Under the pieces are notes generated by a model. The model was not told where the DNA came from, made no database searches, and worked only from the letters and a program-made list of their open reading frames with translations. Below are positions 7,332-13,810 of a stretch of DNA of 13,810 nucleotides, piece after piece (the first letter of the stretch is position 1; every line of letters starts with the position of its first letter). Position numbers and translations under genes: made by a program. The stretch comes from Fidelibacterota bacterium (GTDB lineage: Bacteria > Fidelibacterota > Marinisomatia > Marinisomatales > TCS55): positions 1-13,810 of the forward strand of contig JAPNQO010000023.1 of assembly GCA_027251445.1 (NCBI GenBank). The letters are read 5' to 3'.

Positions 7332-8276
7332 TCAATTTTTTATATCATAAAATTTTTTAATTATTTTATTAACTATAGCATCACTACTCACACTCATTTT
7401 AATCTCTAAATCTATTTTTTCATTTCTGAACCATTTAATCTGTTTTTTTGCATATTGACCTGTTCTAATAATTATTTCATCAATTAATTCCTTTTTTGAA
7501 AATTCACCATCTATATAAGAGATAATCTGTTTGTATCCAATAGAATCAATTGGATGCATTTCTATTTTCTTTCTATTTTTAATAAGCTTTTTAGTCTCAT
7601 CAATCCATCCATCATTTATCATCTTATTTGTTCGAATTTTTATTCTATCATATAATGTTTTTTTATCAATTTTTAGTAATACTGTAAAAAGGTTTAATGC
7701 AGGTTTTTGTAATTTTCTCTGCATATTAAAATGTTCAGATGGTGTTCTACCAGTAGTTTTATAGATTTCCAGCGCCCTTATTAATCTTTTTTTATTATTT
7801 ATGTGAACCTTTTTTGAATATGTAGGGTCTATTTGTTCTAATTTAGAGAACATATGTTCTGGGCCTAATTTTTTATATTCATTATTTAAAATTGATCGAA
7901 CTGTTAAATCAGTTTTACTCCCAGAAAAGATTCCTCTTGAAATAGCCCTATAATACAACCCTGCTCCACCACAAATTATTGGCTCTTTTTTTCTATCCTT
8001 AATTTCCGATACGGTTTTTATAACTAAATCTGCATATACTCCAGATGAAATAATTTTATTTGGATCTTTTATGCCAATAAGATGATGTGGAATCATATTT
8101 TGTTCTTTTTTAGTAGGTTGGGCGGTTCCTATGGGCATGCCTTTATAAATTTGTCTCGAATCTAGACCTATAATTTCTCCATTTATCATTTCTGCTAACT
8201 TAATCGAAATAGATGTTTTACCTATTGCTGTAGGCCCTATAATAGTAATAATAGGTTCAGAATAAATTTGATTCAT
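7332..8276 (-). CDS. miaA: tRNA (adenosine-37-N6)-dimethylallyltransferase
   Basis: P-loop GPTAIGKT, DSRQIY, IPHHLI, GGAGLY, RLIRALE, SIGYKQ and YAKKQIKWF motifs; follows mutL. Confidence 0.97.
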   Translation of the reverse strand: MNQIYSEPIITIIGPTAIGKTSISIKLAEMINGEIIGLDSRQIYKGMPIGTAQPTKKEQNMIPHHLIGIKDPNKIISSGVYADLVIKTVSEIKDRKKEPIICGGAGLYYRAISRGIFSGSKTDLTVRSILNNEYKKLGPEHMFSKLEQIDPTYSKKVHINNKKRLIRALEIYKTTGRTPSEHFNMQRKLQKPALNLFTVLLKIDKKTLYDRIKIRTNKMINDGWIDETKKLIKNRKKIEMHPIDSIGYKQIISYIDGEFSKKELIDEIIIRTGQYAKKQIKWFRNEKIDLEIKMSVSSDAIVNKIIKKFYDIKN

Positions 8277-8287
8277 ATTAATCTGAT

Positions 8288-10024
8288 TTAAATTCGCTCA
8301 AATCGATGATCAAGTTCTTCAAGCGATAACTGAACTATAATCGGTCTTCCATGTGGACAATAATAAGGATGCTCTGTAGTAAAAAGATTATTAACCAATA
8401 AATTCATTTCTTCTTCAGATAAAGAATCTCCAGCCTTCACGGCTGCATGACAAGCAAAGGAAGCCGCCAATCCTTCTATAAATGTGCTTGAGTTTTCTTT
8501 ATTTGAAATGTAATTATCTATTATATCTCTAATTACTGTATTTTCATTACCCCAACCCATATTCGAAGGGATAGCTTCAAGTATAATTTTATATTCACCC
8601 TTTTCTTTCATACGGAAGCCTAGTTTCTCTAAATAAGGAAGAAGCTCAATTATAATATTATATTCATCAGGTGAAAATTCTAATTCCTCAGCAAATAAAA
8701 GTGTTTGTGCAGATAAAGGTGAATCGTCAAAAGCTTTTAAAGCTTCCTCATATAACACTCTTTCATGAGCGACATGTTGATCTATAATTACTAAACCACT
8801 ATTTATCTGGCTGATAATATATTTATTATGAACTTGCCATAAAGAATTAACATCTTTAATAGTTGATTCCCTTGATCGAGCATTAAAATGAATTATTGAA
8901 TCTTTGGGTAGCTGAATATCTTTCTTAGTTGATGAATCAGGAAAAATATTAAAATCTATTGGCTCCTGACCTTGATTAGGTACAAAAGTTTTATTAGAGT
9001 CATAGAATGACTTATCATATTGAAATGATGGTATAGTAGATAAAATGCTAGATAATGAATCTCTTACTGCAGATTTAACAACATTATATATTCTCCATTC
9101 ATCAATAAACTTTACTTCAATTTTCATAGGATGAACATTAACATCTAATTGATCAGCTGGGATAGTAAGGTTCAACAATGAAAAGGGATATTCACCTCTT
9201 TTTACAAGAGACTCATAAGCAGAATAAACTGCAGAATTCAATAATCTATTTTGAACATACCTGCGATTAACAAAAATATATTGCTGTCCAGGACGTTTGC
9301 GAATAAGATTTAATGTCCCAACAAATCCAGATATCTTATAATCATCTTTTATTAAATCAACTTTTAATAACTGATCGCGGAAGGTAGGGTCATTTATAGA
9401 AACAATACGATCTTCTAAGCTTTCAGGAAAGAGGTTCAATACTTTTTTATTATTATGTTCAAGAATAAACGATACATTTGGAAAATCAAGTCCAAATCTT
9501 CTAACCATTTTAACAATTTGTCTAAATTCAGAATTAATAGATTTAAGAAATTTTCTTCTTGCAGGGGTATTATAAAATAAATTTCTAACTGTTATTTCCG
9601 TTCCTCCTATTGGGGGAGCAGCTTTTATATCGCTGGTAACTCCATTTGATATACTCATCTGATATCCAGAAACACTATCAACAGATGAGCTCACATTGAT
9701 CTCTGACACTGAAGCAATACTAGCTAATGCCTCACCACGAAATCCGAGAGTATGTATATTGAATAAATCGGCTAAAGTAGATATTTTACTTGTAGTATAT
9801 CTTTTAAAAGCTTTTGAAAGACCATCAGTGCTAATACCATGACCATTATCTCTAACTTGGATAAGTTGGTGACCGCCTTTTTCAATAATTACAATTATTT
9901 CTGTCGCTGCTGCATCTAAACTATTTTCTAATAGCTCTTTAACTACTGAAGAGGGTCGCTCTACAACTTCGCCTGCAGAAATTTTATTCCGGAGATCTTC
10001 CGATAAGGATTTTATTTGGTTCAT
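8288..10024 (-). CDS. mutL: DNA mismatch repair endonuclease MutL
   Basis: ISAGEVVERPSSVVKELLENSLDA, DNGHG, LGFRGEALASI and DVNVHPMK motifs; C-terminal DQHVAHERVLYE, ACH and CPHGRP. Confidence 0.98.
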   Translation of the reverse strand: MNQIKSLSEDLRNKISAGEVVERPSSVVKELLENSLDAAATEIIVIIEKGGHQLIQVRDNGHGISTDGLSKAFKRYTTSKISTLADLFNIHTLGFRGEALASIASVSEINVSSSVDSVSGYQMSISNGVTSDIKAAPPIGGTEITVRNLFYNTPARRKFLKSINSEFRQIVKMVRRFGLDFPNVSFILEHNNKKVLNLFPESLEDRIVSINDPTFRDQLLKVDLIKDDYKISGFVGTLNLIRKRPGQQYIFVNRRYVQNRLLNSAVYSAYESLVKRGEYPFSLLNLTIPADQLDVNVHPMKIEVKFIDEWRIYNVVKSAVRDSLSSILSTIPSFQYDKSFYDSNKTFVPNQGQEPIDFNIFPDSSTKKDIQLPKDSIIHFNARSRESTIKDVNSLWQVHNKYIISQINSGLVIIDQHVAHERVLYEEALKAFDDSPLSAQTLLFAEELEFSPDEYNIIIELLPYLEKLGFRMKEKGEYKIILEAIPSNMGWGNENTVIRDIIDNYISNKENSSTFIEGLAASFACHAAVKAGDSLSEEEMNLLVNNLFTTEHPYYCPHGRPIIVQLSLEELDHRFERI

Positions 10025-11862
10025 TATGAATTAATGATTTGAACTGATTTTGTATATATTTTATCCCTTAATTTAGTTGCTTGAGCTAGAATGTCATCTG
10101 AAGCTTCCATAACATTATCAACAAATTTATTATCTGATTTAACTTCTTTAATATTAATATAGATATTCAATAATCCACCTCGCATTGCTGCATAAGATAT
10201 TTCACTTGCAACAGCTAAATCACTAATTGAGTTAGGATTAATTTTTTCTATTAGAGAATAAATTAATTCAAGAATTTCAAGGGATAGTTTAGAGACCTCT
10301 AGAGGAAAATTAATGGCATTCTTATTTGCTTTTAGTAATGCTATATCTTTAACTCCCTTTTCCTCTTCATTGGATTCAGGTAATCTAGTAGCTCCTATAA
10401 CTTGATTAAATGCGTCTGTATCATCATCAACAAGTTTCGATAGTTTTTGTTTTATCAATTGTGCTTTATTTCCTGCTTTCTCCATTTCTTCTTTGGAAGC
10501 CTCAAACCCTTTTTTATCAAAGGTTAACGCTGCCACCATTGATACTAGAGCAGAGCCAAGACTTCCAACAAGGGCTGATACACTTCCGCCACCAGGCGCC
10601 ACTGAATTTGTAGATAATTCATCGCTAAATTCAATTAAAGTCATATCTACTAGTTTTATATCAGAACTTTTCACAGCATAATCAATAATTTTATCTTTAG
10701 GATCAAAAGAAGATACATCAGATAGACCCAAAGTTTGAACTGCAACTTCTACTATCCTAGATTCTGGAACACCAACTGTAGAGCGCTGTTTTTTTAGATA
10801 ATGTTTTCCAGCCATAAGCATTGAATTTAAAGGTATAAGACCAACTAGTTCGCTACCAGTAACGCGAATACCTCTTTTTTCTGCAAGTTTACATACAATA
10901 TCAAAAACATCATGAATAGGTGTTTGTTTATAATTTGTAAAATTAATAGAAATTTGAGCCCTTTGATATTTTTTAACTATCCAACCTACAGCTTTTACAT
11001 TTTTAAATATACCAGGTTGAATAACAGGCTTACCAAAAATATTCTTGATATTATAACTTCTTTTAATAAATAAATCTTTCAGATTATAAGAATGTTCTTG
11101 TTTATTATGTTTAATAATGTCTTCGTAGCTCTTTGAAACATATTCGCAGTAACCACATGGAAATTGATCTTTTTTATAGCGAACAATATCACCATCCAGT
11201 GAATTTAGTGAATATGTATTTACTGCTCTTTTTGCACGGCCTTTTTCTCTTATTTCAAAAGCAATATCCGTAGCTAAACGTTTGTCCATTGTATTGAGAT
11301 TAATATTATAAGCAATTAAGAATTCCCTCGCTCCCATTGTAGTGGCTCCAGATCTCTCGTTGAATTTTGATGGTCCATAATCGGGTATCCAGGATTTATT
11401 AGAAAGTTTTTCTCTTAATCCTTCATATTCACCATAACGTATATTAGCTAAATTCTTTCTTTCTAGTATTTGTGCAGAATCCTCATAAAGATAAACTGGA
11501 ATAGATAATTGATTACCAACCCGTTTTGCTACTCGATGGGAAAGTGCAATACAATCATCCATAGTAACATTGTTTACAGGTATAAATGGACATACATCTG
11601 TTGCTCCCAAACGAGCATGTGTACCACTATGTCTACGCATATCAATAATTTCTGACGCAATTTTGATTGCCTGAAAAGCTGCCTCTTCTATATCAGATAT
11701 TGATCCTACAAATGTAACTACTGTACGATTTGTATCTATTCCAGTGGAAACATCTAAAACTGATATGCCCGTGATATTTTTAATTACAGATATAATATGT
11801 TCGATTTTGCTAGAGTCACGACCTTCGCTAAAATTTGGAACACACTCTACTAATTGTTGCAT
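10024..11862 (-). CDS. ftcD: Fused glutamate formiminotransferase / formiminotetrahydrofolate cyclodeaminase, with an internal insertion
   Basis: N-terminus LVECVPNFSEG, TNRTVVTFVG, HARLGATDVCPF, PVYLYE, GAREFLIAYNINL and GSELVGLIP (FT domain); APGGGSVSAL and DDDTDAF (CD domain). Confidence 0.93.
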   Translation of the reverse strand: MQQLVECVPNFSEGRDSSKIEHIISVIKNITGISVLDVSTGIDTNRTVVTFVGSISDIEEAAFQAIKIASEIIDMRRHSGTHARLGATDVCPFIPVNNVTMDDCIALSHRVAKRVGNQLSIPVYLYEDSAQILERKNLANIRYGEYEGLREKLSNKSWIPDYGPSKFNERSGATTMGAREFLIAYNINLNTMDKRLATDIAFEIREKGRAKRAVNTYSLNSLDGDIVRYKKDQFPCGYCEYVSKSYEDIIKHNKQEHSYNLKDLFIKRSYNIKNIFGKPVIQPGIFKNVKAVGWIVKKYQRAQISINFTNYKQTPIHDVFDIVCKLAEKRGIRVTGSELVGLIPLNSMLMAGKHYLKKQRSTVGVPESRIVEVAVQTLGLSDVSSFDPKDKIIDYAVKSSDIKLVDMTLIEFSDELSTNSVAPGGGSVSALVGSLGSALVSMVAALTFDKKGFEASKEEMEKAGNKAQLIKQKLSKLVDDDTDAFNQVIGATRLPESNEEEKGVKDIALLKANKNAINFPLEVSKLSLEILELIYSLIEKINPNSISDLAVASEISYAAMRGGLLNIYINIKEVKSDNKFVDNVMEASDDILAQATKLRDKIYTKSVQIINS

Positions 11863-11935
11863 ATATATTTTCTAATTTATTTGGTTTAAATAATAGATTA
11901 ACCAGACTACAATTAATAAAATTAACCCTGTCCTT

Positions 11936-11951
11936 AGAATAGATCTATTCT
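11936..11951. repeat. Perfect 16-bp palindrome AGAATAGATCTATTCT (operator-like site or hairpin core)
   Basis: The sequence equals its own reverse complement; flanking GTCC (11930-11933) and GGAC (11956-11959) can extend the stem. Function unknown. Confidence 0.7.
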
Positions 11952-11974
11952 GTTGGGACCTTTTTATTTTTCTC

Positions 11975-11998
11975 TCAATTATTCTTTTCAATTATTCT
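11975..11998. repeat. 11-bp direct repeat TCAATTATTCT x2 (13-bp period)
   Basis: Copies at 11975-11985 and 11988-11998; the second overlaps the M50 protease stop codon. Confidence 0.6.
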
Positions 11999-12614
11999 AA
12001 ATACCAGCAAATAGAAAAAGAAAAAAATTGACAAAAGGCCTCATAATCCAACTTATCGGAGATATAGGCGTAAAGTAACCAATAAGAATTGCACCCAACA
12101 ATATTTGAGGACCATAGATTTGTAAATTTCTCACAAGGTCTGGATTAGTTCTTATCAATAATCCTGAAAAAATCTGGGAGCCATCCAATGGTGAGACAGG
12201 AATCATATTAAATACAGCCAACATTATATTTATTTGAGTAAATAAAATTAACATCATCGCAATACTTCCTTGGCCAATACCAAATCTAAGAATTGTACCC
12301 GCAATAAAAGCTAATAGTAAATTTGAAGCTGGACCTGCAAAAGCGATTTTCATCATATCTTCCCGAGGGTTTTTTAAATATCTTGGATCTACCGGCACTG
12401 GTTTTGCCCAACCAAATCCAACAAATAATATCATTAATCCACCAACTGGGTCAAGATGAGCTACAGGGTTCAGAGTTAAACGACCTGCATAACGTGCTGT
12501 TGGGTCTCCAAGTTTATATGCAATCCATGCATGGGAAAATTCATGAAATACTAAAGCAAATAATAAAACAGGAATCAAGAGTACTAAAACTTCAGGGGGT
12601 AACCGAAATAACAT
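11997..12614 (-). CDS. Site-2 protease family (M50) intramembrane zinc metalloprotease, short form without a PDZ domain
   Basis: HEFSH (HExxH), GRLTLNP, FGWAKPVPV, FAGPASN and FNMIPVSPLDG (NxxPxxxLDG) motifs; several hydrophobic segments. Confidence 0.93.
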   Translation of the reverse strand: MLFRLPPEVLVLLIPVLLFALVFHEFSHAWIAYKLGDPTARYAGRLTLNPVAHLDPVGGLMILFVGFGWAKPVPVDPRYLKNPREDMMKIAFAGPASNLLLAFIAGTILRFGIGQGSIAMMLILFTQINIMLAVFNMIPVSPLDGSQIFSGLLIRTNPDLVRNLQIYGPQILLGAILIGYFTPISPISWIMRPFVNFFLFLFAGI

Positions 12615-12617
12615 ATA

Positions 12618-13511
12618 CTATGCTCTAGGATGAAATGTGCGATGAACTTCTTTTAGATATTCATTATCAAGATGTGTATAAATTTGAGTAGTAGAAATAT
12701 CTGAATGTCCCAGCATTTCCTGAACGGCTCTTAAATCTGCACCACCCTCTAATAAATGTGTTGCAAAAGAATGTCTAAAAATATGAGGACTTATATCCTT
12801 ATTGATACCAGATATTTTAACCCATTTCTTCAGAATATTAAAAATAGTCATTCTAGTTAGTTGTTTTCCATTTTTACTTAAAAATACATTTCCATCAGAC
12901 TTTTTATTATCAATAAGTGTTGAACGAATATATTTACAATAATCATCAATTAATTTTATAGCTTTACGCCCTAAAGGAACATATCTTTCTTTTTTACCTT
13001 TTCCAATCACTCTTAGCATTCCAGAATCAAATAATATATTATTCATTTCTAAATTACATAGTTCAGATACTCTCAATCCTGCAGAATATAAAGTTTCAAG
13101 AATGGCTTTATCCCTGTACCCCATGGAATCTTTAATACTAATAGAATTAATTATTTCATTTACTTCTTGAATAGATAAAACCTTAGGTAGTTTTTTTGAT
13201 ATTTTAGGTGGTTCCAATAACTGGGTAGGGTTATGAGACACTTTTTCTTCACCAGATAAGTATTTGTGGTAAGAGCGTATAGATGAAAACGATCGATTAA
13301 TGCTTGCAGATGATAAGTTTTTATCATTTAAATAACGAATAAAGTTTCGAATGTGTATTTGACGTATAGAATCAAGATCTTTAATTGATTCTGTATTATA
13401 TAGGTATTCTATATAACGTATTAGATCCGTCTTATAAGAGGATATTGAATTCGTTGAAAGATTTTTCTCAACACGCAGCATTGTAAGATAGTCCTCTAAA
13501 TAAGTATTCAA
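12618..13511 (-). CDS. xerD: Site-specific tyrosine recombinase XerD (TTG start)
   Basis: N-terminal EKNLSTNSISSYKTDL; catalytic motifs LYSAGLRVSEL, GKGKKERYVP, SPHIFRHSFATHLLEGGADLRAVQEMLGH and TTQIYTH; C-terminal HPRA. The motifs favour XerD over XerC. Confidence 0.88.
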   Translation of the reverse strand: MNTYLEDYLTMLRVEKNLSTNSISSYKTDLIRYIEYLYNTESIKDLDSIRQIHIRNFIRYLNDKNLSSASINRSFSSIRSYHKYLSGEEKVSHNPTQLLEPPKISKKLPKVLSIQEVNEIINSISIKDSMGYRDKAILETLYSAGLRVSELCNLEMNNILFDSGMLRVIGKGKKERYVPLGRKAIKLIDDYCKYIRSTLIDNKKSDGNVFLSKNGKQLTRMTIFNILKKWVKISGINKDISPHIFRHSFATHLLEGGADLRAVQEMLGHSDISTTQIYTHLDNEYLKEVHRTFHPRA

Positions 13512-13528
13512 ATCAATAATTAAATGAT

Positions 13529-13810
13529 TTATAAAGCAGATTCTACCATTTCACATAGAATATGTTCTGTTAACAAATGTCCTTCCTGAATTCGTTGTGT
13601 ATCATTACTAGGTATGTTTATAACTACATCACCTCTATTATTCAATTTGCCTCCACTTTCTCCAGTCAATATAATTACTTTCATACTCATTTTATTTGCC
13701 ATCATTACTGCTTCTATGACATTGTCAGAATTACCACTTGTCGATATAGCAATCAAAACATCACCTGGGTTTCCAAGAGCTTCAATTTGTCTCGAAAAAA
13801 CTGTTTTAAA
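13529..13810 (-). CDS. gmhA: D-sedoheptulose 7-phosphate isomerase (SIS domain), C-terminal part (5'-truncated by the window edge)
   Basis: The frame is open from the window end: FKTVFSRQIEALGNPGDVLIAISTSGNS...TQRIQEGHLLTEHILCEMVE. The QExH...H pattern favours GmhA over DiaA. Confidence 0.88.
   Translation of the reverse strand, partial: FKTVFSRQIEALGNPGDVLIAISTSGNSDNVIEAVMMANKMSMKVIILTGESGGKLNNRGDVVINIPSNDTQRIQEGHLLTEHILCEMVESAL

Noticed and set aside
7531..7764. 77-aa hydrophobic + strand ORF
   Set aside because: Antisense to miaA; its Phe/Ile/Leu richness mirrors the Lys/Asn/Glu codons on the coding strand.
10410..10681. Two short + strand ORFs (67 and 62 aa)
   Set aside because: Both lie antisense within the FTCD cyclodeaminase domain and have no independent support.
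11020..11235. FTCD insertion as an intein or intron
   Set aside because: Only 72 aa, in frame, with no Cys/Ser start paired with a His-Asn-Cys/Ser/Thr splice end (its HN is followed by Lys) and no stops or obvious intron structure.
11975..11998. Direct repeat as a CRISPR remnant or target-site duplication
   Set aside because: Only two 11-bp AT-rich copies 2 bp apart, with no spacers, cas genes or intervening element.
12323..12628. 101-aa + strand ORF
   Set aside because: Antisense to the well-supported M50 protease; no motifs.
12618..13511. Tyrosine recombinase as a phage, island or integron integrase
   Set aside because: Size and motifs match housekeeping XerD; no integron-integrase extra segment, tRNA/att site, cassette array or compositional shift; the neighbours are core genes.

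Overview
AT-rich (roughly 30-33% GC by eye), tightly packed bacterial core-genome region with no mobile element, CRISPR array or rRNA/tRNA gene that I can see. The + strand carries only the 3' end of a class II (B12-dependent) ribonucleotide reductase (nrdJ). The - strand reads, in transcription order: gmhA (partial), xerD, M50 site-2 protease, fused glutamate formiminotransferase/cyclodeaminase (FTCD), mutL, miaA, [promoter + PyrR attenuator], pyrR, pyrB, pyrC, rplM, rpsI, rpsB, tsf, pyrH, frr. The rplM-rpsI-rpsB-tsf-pyrH-frr order, mostly SD-less starts and low GC suggest an FCB-group organism, possibly Marinimicrobia-like (inference). Three observations stand out. (1) The FTCD has a ~70-aa insertion containing an exact C2H2 zinc-finger pattern (C-x2-C-x-Y-x7-I-x2-H-x4-H), is coupled to mutL by a TAATG overlap and has no hut genes beside it. 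(2) The intergenic region upstream of FTCD holds a perfect 16-bp palindrome and an 11-bp direct repeat that share an AGAATA core. (3) The pyrR leader is a fully traceable attenuator with a non-canonical PyrR-binding stem and a strand-swap switch built on a duplicated 8-mer.
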